Source: Paragordius varius (Eukaryota > Animalia > Nematomorpha). Taken from it: 64,000 nt of DNA. Location: NCBI GenBank assembly GCA_964247055.1, contig OZ176054.1, forward strand, positions 1,178,001-1,242,000, given 5' to 3'. Shown piece after piece: positions 12,046 to 30,157 of the stretch. How positions within the stretch are numbered: position 1 is the stretch's first letter; each line of letters starts with the position of its first letter. Under the pieces are notes generated by a model. The model saw nothing but the letters and a program-made list of their open reading frames with translations, searched no databases and was not told where the DNA came from. Position numbers and translations under genes: made by a program.

Positions 12046-15000
12046 ATGCATAAATCAAGCAATTATTTACGGTACATCAAAAACGTTATACCAAAAAAGA
12101 ATCCATTTTTGTGTGACAGCCTTGAGGTTTTGCAAAAAATTTTTAAATTTTAGCTAATGGTTAATTATGGATATATTCATCATGGGTCAGTAAGTGGGAC
12201 TTACAATTTATTACCATTAAGCCAAAGAATTATGGATAAAATCGCTCATCTTTTAAATTATTCTATGCAGACAGTTCAAGCTTGTAGAGTTACGATGCCC
12301 AGTTTAGCTTCTCAAAATATATGGAAAACATCTAATCGCTTAAATAGTAATATATAATTCATAAATTTTGTGTAATAAACCGGATTGTATAATAGTTGGG
12401 GAAATTTAATAACGTTTAAATAAATTATAAGTATACCAATATAAATTTAGATGGCAATGATTTAATGAACAAAACTGCATCAGACATTTTTCAAATAGTT
12501 GATAGAGGCCGGAATCGTTTGTGTTTGAATCCAGTATTAAAATGTAATTAATTATCATCAAATTTACAAATATCATTGTTATTAGACACACGAAGAAGCC
12601 ATTTGTGCGTTAGTCAAAGAATGCTTTAAATCAGTACCAACTTTTCACACAAAAAATATGAACCAAAAGGTATATAAACTTACGTTTTTTATTTTTTACA
12701 GGGCTTTTAAGTTGTCTAACACGCGGCTTTCCGTGAATTTTTGTGTTGATCGGTAAAAATTTTAAATATAATCAAAATTGTATAATTAAATTTTTAGCAA
12801 ATGAAATATTTTTTTTGCTAAAAATAGAAATTTTTTTTTCCTCTTCAAAGGTGAATTTTTTTAATTATTTCTTCAGAAATTTTTTTATCGATTTATTTGC
12901 ATCATAGATTTCTTTTTTTGTAAGGGTATAATAATTTCTGATGCACCGAACATAAAATAATCGATATCATTTTTTAAAAATTAAATAACCTAATAAAATT
13001 TGTTGGAAGCCCTAACAAATTTGGCCAACCTGCAGTAGTTTGGACAATGTGAATGAAAATTTTGCATAAATTAAAAATAATCTTAGTACTAATAACAATT
13101 TACTTTCCTGCACCACTTTCAATAGTCAAAAAAATTTATTTCTATCTTTTTAGATGGAGAGTTTTCCATAACGTTTAATGTAACAGATTAGTTAGTTAAA
13201 AGTAGGTTATGTAACATTTTTATGAGGACGACTCATTACATTTTTAAGTTTTTTAGGTATACAAATATAATCACCAAATACTTGGCAATATATTTTAGAG
13301 AGATAGAGATTCCTTTGATGCAAGCCCAAAATTAAAACTGCCAAAGGCGAACGAAGATATTTCGTCTTAAATTATTGATTTTAGTAATTTTATCTAATAA
13401 TAATGGTTCTTTGATTAGTTTTTCGTGATTAACCCTCATTCTCCTATTATATTTTGATAATCAAATGTATGTCTAACGATACTATTTTACAAGACCGTTT
13501 AGGATACTAAAAACAATTTCTACACAAGAGTATTTCATATATAAATTTTAATGGAAATACGAACCAATTTTGTAAACAAATTAATCACCCTAGGTATTGT
13601 AAAATAATAGTTTTACATAGGGCTAATAGTATTCTAAACATCAGGTGTTTATACACATTTGTAAGCAGCTTGATTTTTTAGTTAAAATGCCATTTTGAGC
13701 CATTCGTGTTGGACACCCTTGTTTTAGAAGATTTTATTCAAGATTAGGCGATACTTATATATTTATTAAGGTATACATCATTAAAACTCACAATTCGATC
13801 CCATCATATAGTTTTTGACCTATCAACTTTAACTCTTATAACTCAGATAAAATAAACGTATTATAAGAGCTCGACTAATAATTTACATAAAACTTCACCC
13901 CCAATCAAAAACTTTAGGGACTTATTTTACCTGGAAATAATCAAGAAGTAAAAACTTAGATGTTGCCAACGTTGACGATAACGCTGGGAACGATCGTAAA
14001 ATGAAACATACAGACATATCATATACGGTACAATGGCTCACCACCATGCCACAAAAAAACGATGATGTGGAAATTAATTTATGTATTTCATTGACTTAAA
14101 AATTTTCATACTGCATTCGAAATTTATACAAATTGGCATGTTAAATTTATTAAACATGATTAAATGAGCGAAGATAAACAACAAAATTGCCCACTAGTTT
14201 TTAATTTAAGGTTTAAATTTTTATCATATGTGCCATATATGCTTTGATTGGTACTACAGACATAAAATTACAAAGAATTTGTCATCCATGATGATGTCAA
14301 ATCAGTAATCCTAAAGATTGTGACTCACATAACAGAGCGTTAGGAGAAAAACGATAATGTCTTACAAAAAACTTTTGATATATAGCAATAGGTTTTTTCA
14401 TCAAAGTAAATAAATCAGGGACTTTTACAGTTAAATATATTATGTGGCTATTTAGATAAAATATTACCATGTAAAATTAACAGTAAAGAGCGATAGTTTT
14501 GAAACGCAAAGAGTGAAAAATATTGATACATATCCACTTATTTAACCAATAACTGAGCTCTTTAGTGTAAATATTTCGCTACATATAAAAAACTAGTAAT
14601 GTAGGGAACGAATATGTTAACTATGCGTTTTAAAAGATAATTGGTCCGCTTTAAAGATACCCATAGATATCTGATTGCTTCGAACAATGTATTTTTTCAC
14701 TACTCAATATACAAACCAGCTGACTATATAATTATAAAGGTGCATAACGATCAGATAAAAAATATATAAGCAATATTAGCATTCAGTTTTCTGTTTCTGT
14801 TGGTATTAAGACGAATTTTAGTTATTACATTTTTTTCGAATTTCTTACTTTAAAATAAATTTATACGATGTTAGATCTTCTTGTACCAAATCGGAACTAA
14901 ATATCGCGATGAAGCCAAACCAAAACTTGGTCTTTTACGGACCCGTGAGTTTTGCATGAAAGATGCTTACGCATTCGATTCAAATAGGGAATCAGCCCTG

Positions 15001-17579
15001 CAAACTTATCTAAATGTTCGCAATTTATACGAAAGAATATTTTCTGTACTTTTGCATTTACCTAACCAGCTTTCAAATATGAATGATAAGAAACATGGGT
15101 AATTGATTATTAAGTTTTTTAGTAAATAACGATATTTTGCTTTGATTGGGAAAACATTTATATAGCCTGGAACGGTTTTTGTTGAATCGGAACTATTCAC
15201 TGTTTTATAACCGTTTTTTCTAAAAAAATGAATAAAAACGACTGCGGTTGTTGTGATTTGCGATTTCAAAGATTAACAGATCGAGGACCAAAATTTTTGG
15301 ATTATCATATTAAACCGACCAGATTTTAATATTTTGTAACACATCATTCATAAATAACCTTTTTGAAGCGTGTGTTTATAAAGTTCTTCCATAAACCTTT
15401 TAGTGATCGAGTTCAAACCAATTTTGCCAAATTGGACTGCGCCCACTCCTTTTATACGGTTCAAATTGGAGAGCTTACACCAATTGAAAACAATTCTAAT
15501 ATTAATAGTCATGATAATAGTCCTGATGTAGGATTAATGGATGGAACCAGTCTTTTATCTCATGAATTTCATATCCCTTCTCCCATAGGTGAAGATAAAA
15601 TCCTAATTTGTCCAAATTGTGGATATGCCCAAATCCATAAAGAAACTACTGACTCTCATAACTCAAACATTCAAAATGGATATCACAATGATTTTGAGCC
15701 TAGTGATGTCCCATCAAGTGCCAGAAACAAAAACATAAACACCACTCGTGATAAAGGTATATACTTACGTTAAATATAATTTTATCACTAAATTATATAA
15801 GGATCATATTTTTCAATTATTTAGCTCATGTTCGTAACTATACAACCGCTAATGGAAACCAGGAGAATGTAAATACAAATATCCTTGAAAATATTGATAA
15901 TGATGAAATTAATTCTACCAATAATGACTTAGAATGTCCATACTGTGCCGTAAAAGGCAAAACATCCTCAGAGTCTGGACACACAAAACCTTACTTAAAA
16001 TCCATAAATAGCATTGAAATAGGGCACACATTTTATTTGGGTGATAGGTAATTCTTTGTAAAAGTCTATTTAGATTCTCAAAACCATTCAAAATTACGGT
16101 TGATGGGTTCAACCAATTTTCTCAAATGACTTGTTTTGGGATTGGTGTTACCAGGTTAATTGCCGCTGCTTTGGAATGTGCTTTACAGTTTAATAAAAGT
16201 AGAATAATTTTTTCAAGATTTTTTCGTTATAATCACATGTACTAAGAACAACTAGTTAAATTGAATATATAAAAATGTTTAACTTAAATTTATGATAAAA
16301 TATTTTTAAAGGTGAAACGCATTCAGCTTCAAAAACTCCAACATCCTTATTAATGAATTGTCGTTGGCCTTTGATGGTTTCTCCTTTCACATTTGCTTAT
16401 ATTCCACCAAAGAAAGGAAGTCTAGAGGAAGAACATTTAAAGAAATATGGTATATTAATTAATACAGTTTAATTATTTTTATCCAATGTTTTATGCTTTG
16501 GCATAAAAGAAAATTTTATTATATTATTTAATATAGGAAATGATTTTGAAAAATCTATACACTCATCAGATGGCCAAATGATAAGAGATGACTTGTTGTT
16601 TGAGGATAGAATTCAATATACAATCGGGCGACGTTTAAAGGAAATTCAAATGATTGGAGTTCCTTACATAATAGTGGCTGGCAAAACTGTAATTTATATA
16701 TTTATTAATAAAAATGAGAATGACTTTGATACAATTTTTCCAAAAATATATAGGTCTTTTTAAATTCAATAATGAGAAAATTCACAAGGGTAATTTGCCG
16801 ATTTAGTTGAATTTTAATTAGCCACTCAGGTGTTATTAAGTAAAGGCAATCCCCAAAATCCTGTCGAAAACACGAGGCCTATTTAAATTAAATACTTATA
16901 GCTTTTTCAAGAATGCGCCACATATAGTCACTTTTTAGATTTAAACTTTTTCTGAATCCCAAAAGTCTCTATCTCTAAATTTTTCCTGTATAAAGACAAA
17001 AATATAGCTAGAATTTTTTTATATTAACGGTGTAAAGCCTTTCTCCCATATTATATACTCAGTTTCTTACTTGATACTTGAGCTTTTTATCCTCATTGAA
17101 GGTTTCAGTTAACTATCTTATTCCATAAAATCTTGTTTTTAGACATTTGGTAATGTTAAGATTTAATATTTTTATGTCATATTTTATATTGTTCCAGAAG
17201 TGTGTCGGGCGTCTTTTGCGGTTGTTTTCAATGATTGTATAGATATAATAATTTATTAATAATCAGTAAATCATCGTGGCGCATGATAAGGCGCATCAAA
17301 TAATAAAATCATAATAGTTTATTTTCGAATTTTTTGTGATTAAAAAGTTAAAATAGTGTGTTTTGGTGCAAAATTATATGCGCAAAAATTTTTATATTTT
17401 GTTAATTATTTTATTGTATCAAATAGATATTACAAAACCCAATGAAATATGAATGGTGGGATATGTATAGAGACAAAGAAAATCAATGTTCTTTCTTAAC
17501 AATTGCCGAAATATGGCAAAATATTCAATCAGTTTTGGAGTCTAAGAGACATTTATTAAGTCATATCGATTGTAAATGA
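12046..17579 (+). CDS. PARS2: Prolyl-tRNA synthetase, mitochondrial (class II aaRS), multi-exon
   Basis: Exons encode [34 protein letters not shown]|[75 protein letters not shown]|[65 protein letters not shown] and a last exon at 17427-17579. The ATG at 12046 is tentative. Confidence 0.93.
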
Positions 17580-18295
17580 TACATACAATAAATTCTATAA
17601 TATTCGACACTACAATCCAGAATATAATTTTGTTGTTGACCTTAAAAATGTAAACTTCAATGTCGGTCATACGCAATATTTTATATAAGTGTGGTTAGAC
17701 AAAACAACACAAGAATATTAAATGACAAAAAATAAACCATATAAAAATCATATTTGCATGTGCATGATGCAAAGGCGATATAATAGAAGGTTATACATAT
17801 ATTTATACAGATGTTAGATTATTCTTTGGGCTAAAGTTATGATGTATTAATCATATATTCAAAAGATTAATCGCGCAATCGCGGCTTTTTTGCGGTAAAA
17901 GGATACAATCGTATATTCAATGTCTTCCGTTTGTGACCAATGTACGTGAACCTTTTTTTATTATAGCTTCCATTTAGTGACTCTCAATAGTTTATTTTTT
18001 TGTTTCATTCTTAACCTTGTGAGACCATTAATATTCAAGATTGTCCAATACCACATTTCAAATGCTGCAATCCTTTTTTATCATTCTGTGTTAGTGTCCA
18101 ACTTTCGGCAGCATAAATTGCTAACGGAAAACCACAATGCATATCAAAATATTTATTGAAATATCGCTTGTCTGTGCAAATCTTACGATTTTCGAAATTA
18201 ATATGTATCAGCTGTTTGTGTTTAATATAAATAGTTCATTTTAGCGTAAAATAGGAAATTATCGGAGCTCGCATATTAAAATTAAGATTTAATTA

Positions 18296-20354
18296 CACTG
18301 TGCGCAAAAAAGGCGGGTAAAAAATAAACAAACATGATTTTTATCTAGAATAATAAGAAATCCTTTGGAAAAGGAGACCCCAAAAATTTTGCGGCAAAAA
18401 TGCGCTCCAAAATGGAAATATTCCATTTTTTCATTTTTGACTAGAAATAGATTTTTGTCCATATTTTTAAAACTTATTGAGCAAACATGATAAAACTTTT
18501 ATATATTATATAAAACCTAATATATTCTTAAGAAAAATACATAAAATATCTTAAAGTTTCAATAATTTTTTTATTCCACAAAAATAGAAATTCGTAAATT
18601 TTATAACATTGTCGAAATATATTATAAAAAAATTATTTGTAAGAACTCCATTTTGTTATTATTATTTAAGTTTATGACTTATATAACATACCAAAGAGTT
18701 GGTATATATAATAAAGGCTATGTATCTTTTTAAGTCCCTCAAAAAATTTGTATTTTTTGAAAAATTTTTGCGATTTTTGTTGCATTTTCCTCACATGCTT
18801 CTCACTGTTTCATAAATACATTAATCCGCATTTTTCAAATGCGAATACTGAAAAACCAATAAGTCTTCAAGATTATGAAATTCCCTTTATATTTAATAAC
18901 ATAGTTAATATTCAATTGCAAATTAAATAAAGACCTTTTCTGCTATATATATGGAAGGTATCATCGCCCTACAAATTCGATTAAAATAACTGAACAAATA
19001 ATTACCTATTACAACATGTATTTTGCTAAGAAATTAGTTCATTACAAGGAAGTATGAGCCTACAGCAAGGTAATTATATTAATTCCGGTGGAGGGCTACA
19101 AACCAGGATGGAGAACGGTTCCATCAAACGCTCAAACATAGAGAAAAAAACTATACTAGTTCCAATAGTTGGTGAATACTATTGGAATCATTTTATGTCT
19201 GACTAATATATTCATTGTGTATAAATAAATTTAAATTCTTATATGTATTTGAAGTGTTGTTGTTGGGTTAGACTATCTTCTGATTTGAAGCTTGTCGTAT
19301 TATTTTCTCCAAGAAGTGTGATCGAGATCATCATTAATGTTTATATTTATTATTTGTTTGAGTGCATGGTAGCTTTTCCATGTTTGTGTGATTCTATCTA
19401 TGATAGCCTCAGTTACGCCACCGTTGTCAGTAATAATGTGACCTAATGTTTGAATTGAACAACTGTTTCATAATCAGATTCATTGTGTATCGTATGGTTG
19501 GGAGTGTTTGAAGAGATGTTGCAGGAGCAATTTTTGCAAACGAAGTTTGTATTTGACAATATCTTGATAAGACCGGAACATTTTTATTTTAAAATTTTGC
19601 AGAAACCTAATTAAATATTCCTATTGTAAAAGAATGCTAAAAATTATATCGAATAAAAATAAATCCATCTATTATCAGTTTTTCAATATATATAATTGTA
19701 ATACTTGTTTGATTTATAATTTGGCAATAGAGTTTCTGGAAGTAGATTATTTACAAATGTCAGAATAGGTGCAAGAAAATTCTATATTATGATCAAAAGG
19801 TCTTTAATTAAATTTATTATCTATAGATTAAATAGTATATAAACATTTATCCAAAGTAATGTAATGGGAATTTCATAATCTTGAAGTTTTATTGGTTTTT
19901 TCAGTATTCGCATTTGAAAATTGCGGATTAATGTATTTATGAAACAGTGAGAAGCATGTGAGGAAAATGCAATAAAAATCGCGAAATTCAAAAAATACAA
20001 ATTTTTTGAGGGACCTAAAAAGATACATAGCCTTTATTATATATACCAACTCTTTGGTATGTTATATATAAGTCATAAACTTAAATAATAATAACAATAT
20101 GGATTTCTTACAAATAATTTTTTTATAATATATTTCGACAATGTCATAAAATTTACGAATTTCTATTTTCGAGGAATAAAAAAAATTATTGCTACTTTAA
20201 GATAATTTTGTGTATTTTTCTTAAGAATATATTAGGTTTTAAATGGAATATTTCCATTTTTGGGCGCATTTTTCCCCCAAAATTTTTGGGGTCTCCTTTT
20301 CCAAGGGATTTCTTATTATTCAAATCATGTTTGTTTATTTTTTTGTGCGCAGTG
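18296..20354 (+). mobile_element. Second Chapaev3-type element, an internally deleted non-autonomous derivative (~2.06 kb) with ~0.5-0.6 kb TIRs
   Basis: Ends read tta|CACTGTGCGCAAAAAA ... TTTTTTGTGCGCAGTG|ttt. Arms ~18296-18887 and ~19865-20354 are inverted, with the right arm missing ~85 bp. A transposase remnant NQDGERFHQTLKHREKNY at ~19101-19155 matches the GERFHQ catalytic-Glu motif. Confidence 0.8.
19330..19570 (-). mobile_element. Non-LTR retrotransposon RT C-terminal fragment inserted inside the Chapaev3 derivative
   Basis: Minus strand reads ETVVQFKH/(frameshift)GHIITDNGGVTEAIIDRITQTWKSYHALKQII, resembling the RTE/L2-type V..FKYLGS.IT.DG....I..RI..AW motif. Confidence 0.6.
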
Positions 20355-21187
20355 TTTTATATAAAAAAAATTTTTTGCTATTTTTTGATATGGACCAAAG
20401 TGAATCCTTTTTTCATTGACTAGTAAGGTCCAAACTAAAAGGACCATTAGAATCCTCTTATTATAGGTATAATTTTCATTACTCCTGATTTTGTTGCCCT
20501 GTGTAATGGTTATCGATATGATATGTTATAAAAAGAGAAAGTAAATAATCATAAACAAAATCAGTTGAGAACTGCAGTTTTTCATTATATGATTAAAAAC
20601 AAAATAAATAAGATGAATCATTTTTTCCGGTTCCTTATATTTTTAAACGGCCGTGGAGTGGTTTTGACTCAAGTGTTTTATGATTCCAGTTCTGCTTCCT
20701 TTTTTTGATTTTCTAAATTCCATTGTTATTATAAAATAAGAGTCAAGCGCAAAAGCCCATGGCCACAAAAATTAACTGCTATTTCAATTGAATAAATAAT
20801 AGAAAAGTTTATTATTTAAATAAAAAGGTGTAATTTAACCATTTTGTACCCGTGTTTTCGGCCTATAACCTTACTAAGAAGTGTTTGTCTAAAAGCTTGC
20901 AGCCGCCTTAAACACCTAATCCTCGGGATTAAAAATGGAAAACGATTATTTTTCGAAATTAGTGTTTTATAATTGTATTAAAAATTTTGTTTGGTTAAAG
21001 TTTAAAAATTTTAAATTAAATGTTTTAATACATCAAAAAACTAAACGAAACACTCTCTCCTGAGATGAATCAGACAATTAAACACAACATAACATTAATA
21101 TTGAAAGAGTCAAAAAATAAAAAATGAGAATCCACTATGGACATATTAGATATAACTGGTGTTTTATTTAAAATATAAATAAAAAAA

Positions 21188-21259
21188 TGGAGGTATGGGG
21201 TTTCGAACCCCAGACCTTCCGCATGCAAAGCGGACGCTCTACCACTGAGCTATACCCCC
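21188..21259 (-). tRNA. tRNA-Ala-TGC: tRNA-Ala (anticodon TGC)
   Basis: GGGGGTATAGCTCAGTGGTAGAGCGTCCGCTTTGCATGCGGAAGGTCTGGGGTTCGAAACCCCATACCTCCA folds as a cloverleaf. It has the G3:U70 alanine identity pair, anticodon stem TCCGC/GCGGA, TTCGA T-loop, and a T7 Pol III terminator immediately after. Confidence 0.97.
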
Positions 21260-21319
21260 GTGTGCTGTGTTACACTCATTTGATCATTATGTACCTTTCA
21301 TTAGTGTAAATTTAAACAC

Positions 21320-21904
21320 ATGTTTCGAAACAAAAATCAAAGCAAATACGCCTATGCATATTATCTTGATCAACCTTTTCAATCGTATAAATCAGAAGAT
21401 CAAGGAATCAAGCATACAATTCCGGGATACAACCCTAAAGGATGGACACTTGTTGATAATTTTAAAAATGTTAGCACGGAAAGTGCAAAAAAATCTAGGC
21501 ACGCTTTAAGAGGGTAAAAATTTTGATTAACCTACAGAAAATTATTAAAACCCAATGTGAAAGATGGGAAAAAACATTTGAACGAAAACATTTATTTAAA
21601 ATATCATGAAAAATCTGAAGCTATCGAAAAAGAATGCAAAAAACGTGACAAAGAGTGGAGAAAATCCATCGAGGCAAACGATGATTCCAAACAAAAGAAT
21701 CATATTTCCAACAAACAACTTTCAGAAAATAGCTTTAACCAAAACAACAATACAAACGATCTTATTTTACCAAATTATTCCTATTGGCCTAGCATTTTTG
21801 AAATAAATCGCATTAAAATCGTTAAAAATGAATTACTTCCAAAAAGCGCCTTCGGTAGGTCTTTACCAATAATAGAACCCAAACCATTTTGTTATAAACA
21901 TTAA
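21320..21904 (+). CDS. Hypothetical ~186 aa protein, two exons joined across a 24-nt intron
   Basis: ORF 21320..21517 and ORF 21557..21904 fuse in frame if gtaaaaattttgattaacctacag (21514-21537) is spliced, giving ...HALRG|KLLKPNVKDGKK...LLPKSAFGRSLPIIEPKPFCYKH*. I recognise no family. Confidence 0.6.
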
Positions 21905-22142
21905 TTTATTAATTATATTTATATATGGAAAAATAAATATTATTTATAATTGTGTAGTTTTTATGAATTGTAAATCGATCCATTGGGTGTTGATAATTTT
22001 CTCGCATAGATATGAGTTTTTGAGCATAACATACCCTACAATGAAGAACAAATATATGTGTAAATAGTTAGAACACAAAATTCATTATTTATTCTGATTA
22101 AAGAGATAAAATTTTGAATTTATGTCAGGCCTTAAAGTTTAA

Positions 22143-24971
22143 TTATATACCTTGGTAAGCATGTTTGGAAAATGGGAAATACTGTTTCAATATTGATGGA
22201 AGAATATTGTCTAATGAACTAAGGTTTAGATGTGTTTTGTGGTTATTGATTTTTATTTCTTTTTGTAATGGGATTAGGTTATCAAATAGATATACATTTA
22301 TGTATTTTTCGTCAACTCCAGTAATTTGACACAATGTTTTCTATATACATATAATTATTTTATATATAAAATTAATAAAATCAAAATATTCAATTTTAAC
22401 ACTTTATTTTTAAAAACATTACATTTTGGGGTATTTACAGTAAAAACATTACATTTTGGGGTATTTACAGTAGAGTTTCTATTTAATTGTTTTGCAGTTA
22501 ATTATAAAACATTGTTCTCTTAAATTAGATAAAAAAGATCATCTTTAATTTTCTAATCTATAGAATTTTAGGATAAATCCAAACGATTTCAAACAGCTTA
22601 TTTTGAAATCAATGAATAACACTTCGTGAATTATAATAAAAAAGCTTTCAAGCTAATTATTTATCTTCCATAGACTTTTATCTGTTGTCTTAACGATATA
22701 AAACTCCAAAAAGAAAAATGGCGGCAAAAACGTTTAGGATGATTATTTATAATCAATATTATATTTTTTAAAACCAATAAAAAACAAGCCTAAAAGATGC
22801 TTATATTTGTATGTGGACGAAAATCTTCGAAACTTTATAAGTTATGAATTTAAAATGGCTATACAAAATGTAATGATGTGTTAAAATTATTACTTGAATA
22901 TCGATAGCAGAAGTAATATGACGATTGTGTTGACTAGAAAATAAAAGAACGTTGGGTTTTGCCAAATTACATTTATGCATTTCAAACAATTGTTCAATGG
23001 AAGTTTTTTCAAATTTATTGTGATGTTCATTACAATACGTGAGCCACTGAGACCTTAAAATAAAATATTTAAAAACTAAAATATATCATTTAAAATTTTA
23101 ATACAAGCATTCGGTTTAAAAGGAAAAAATAATATTAAATACATTTATATTGCAATATTAATATTGATTTAAGACCTAAATTATTATATTTTTTATTTTT
23201 AATCTCACAATGCAACAATTACAAAATTTATAGAAATATTAGTTTAAGGAATTATAGATGTACATACTTAAGTATACCATTACACTTCAAATCTCCCATT
23301 ATTAAAATTCACCCTTAAACAATTCAAATTCACCCTAAAAACGAATAATGTGTTTTTTTAAGATTAAAAATTACCTATTTTTTATCTTTAAAAAACATGA
23401 AAATTTGTTTAAAATAATACTGAAACTAAAGATATATATATTAATAATGAGTTATATTAGTTCGAAAACACATAATTTATTTTGGGGTATAATTATTCAT
23501 GAATTTGAATTGTAAATGGTATTTAAAGTAATTAATATTAAGTAGATTTAATGGGGGCACCAGTCTTTTCAAAATAAGAAAAAAATATTTTTTATAATTA
23601 AAATATTTCTCTAGCAAAATAATTTGTGAAAACAATTTTTAATCATACTTACCGAGTCATTAGGAGGGTCTGAGAAATAAAACTTTCGGCTAACCCAAAA
23701 GTTTTGGGAATACGTTTACGCTTTCGCCGTCGTTTCGGATTTTGGGAAACTTTGTTGAGCAATTTTGTTTCACTTACAATCGTTTGAATGGGAAAAAGAT
23801 TTTTTGGAATGTTTTTCTTAATTATTTTGGGTAAGGCGGAAATGTGATTGGGAACAAAAATGGTTGTTGAGATATCAACCTTTTTATTATCATGAGTTAC
23901 AATAGGATTATGCAGGCGGTTTTCATTACTTACGATCGCTTTTTCGTTTATTGCACCGTGATTGATTTTTTCAAAGCTTAAAACATTTTCTTGATTTTGA
24001 TGATTGTGTTTAAGTCGTTTGTTGGGCAAAACAAGTTTTTCAAATTCTGGAGAATCAAAATTTCTTTTATTTGCCATTAAATGATCAATTTTCGGTCGTT
24101 TAACATTACTTATTTCTGTTGGAGTATGAGAGTGTCGTTTAAATCTATTAGGTATCTCAGGCTCATCTTTGCAATTACCAAGGGTATGATTTAACTTTTT
24201 ACCACTTGACTGTCCTTCTGTATTTAACAAATTATCCCCTGTTTCAGGTAAAGAATGCCGCTTGTTTAGAGCTAACGAATTAGGTTGGATATTAGATTGT
24301 GTTTTTGGTTGTGAAGTTAGCTTTTCAGCATGCAAAAATGTCCATAAATTTTTAAATGTTTTATCATTTTTACTACTATTGCACATGAGCTTTTTACATT
24401 TAAGAGCCAATTTCAAAGACTCTTGAGACTCGTAAATAATAAATGCATAGGGTTTAGGTTTTTTATATTTATATATTTTACAAAATTCAATTGGGCCAAA
24501 AAACGAAAACCACTTTTTGATATCAAACAAATTAATATCGGTAGAATTCGAAAAAACAGGATTCAACTAAAGATAAAAAGGACAAAAATACCAAATACAA
24601 AGATCTTGTATGGAAGTCATTACTTTTCAACTTGGACAATAATCCAATACAATACAAGTCTTTTAAGCTACAAACATTAGTTTCGTAATTCACCTAAATT
24701 TTAAGAAAAATATACGTCAAAAATGTCTGATTTGCTTAAAACTCGTTTTATATCTGAAATGTTTGAAGTTATTCTCCTTACTTCGTTAAACTCCAAAAAA
24801 AGTGATATAGGCAATTCTAAATTTTATGTAACATTTACCGTTGTCCAAATCTTTTCCCAATAAATTTTGTAAATATGCATCAAAATTAAGATTAGATGCT
24901 GAAAAATAAAATTCAATCTAACATTAAATGAGTTAAACTTGTTTTTTAAGTCTTTTCAAATTGACAGGCAT
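22143..24971 (-). CDS. LARP7: La-motif + RRM protein, LARP7-like (3' exons tentative)
   Basis: Splicing introns of 21, 22, 22 and 25 nt gives MPVNLKRLKKQ|IEFYFSASNLNFDAYLQNLLGKDLDN|ELPISLFLEFNEVRRITSNISDIKRVLSKSDIFD|V.. (La motif), then RSLYL|LNPVF..IKKWFSFFGPIEFCKI..PYAFIIYES (RRM). Further on, MTR|SQWLTY.. and IHEVLFIDF resemble the LARP7 SEW helix and xRRM (EVLYVDL). Confidence 0.78.
22411..22470. repeat. Perfect 30-bp tandem duplication
   Basis: taaaaacattacattttggggtatttacag occurs twice. On the minus strand it can read TVNTPKCNVF twice in frame within a tentative LARP7-like exon. Confidence 0.9.
23275..23521. mobile_element. MITE with TA-CCATT termini in the LARP7-like intron; a related copy lies at ~52843-53052
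   Basis: Ends read taccattacacttcaaat ... atttgaattgtaaatggta. The subterminal ttcaaattcaccctaa motif is shared with the 52843-53052 copy. Confidence 0.6.
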
Positions 24972-25049
24972 TTAATTCAGATTTTAAATTCATAAGCCGT
25001 GGTTTTAAAACTGAACATTCACTAAACCGTCCGGATTTTCATACGAAAA
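24972..25049. promoter_or_regulatory. 78-bp head-to-head interval between the LARP7-like and PSMC3 start codons (probable bidirectional promoter)
   Basis: The ATG at 24971 (-) and the ATG at 25050 (+) both open frames that splice into conserved domains. Confidence 0.65.
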
Positions 25050-29621
<4,572 letters not shown>

Positions 29622-30157
29622 ACTTGATATGTTTTTACTATTTTAAATAAATAATTTGCGCAATTTTATGGGTAAAAATGACAATTCAATTCTACGGAAT
29701 ATTTTGAGTTAGATTTCCGAGAAGATCCAAATTTTAAGTAATTATGACAAAACGATTAGTATTCATTATGTGTACCATTAGCATTTCAAATATGTCCTTG
29801 AACACTTCAAGTTTCACCACCAACACTTTTATTAGTTCTAAATAAGAAATTTTTTTTAATTATCTTGCGAAATTAATAATTATCACAGAATTATGTTTAA
29901 AGTAACATTTATTAGGGTATTAATTATTTGGATATACATAAAATTAAAATTGAATATAATTAATAAAAGGAGTATACTTAAAATAAGTCATATAAGGATA
30001 AAAGTACAATGAGTGTAGAATGTATTTGCTAAAAAATCGCACCGGGAAATTAGAATTAAGAATTATGGACTTAGTTAAAAATGTACTGGCATAATTTACA
30101 CATAATTTTTTTTACAAAAAAAACATGTGTAACAATATTTTACCCTCCTAAAATTAA

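Noticed and set aside
22411-22470. CRISPR-like direct repeat
   Set aside because: There are only two abutting units with no spacer, in a eukaryotic gene context with no cas genes.
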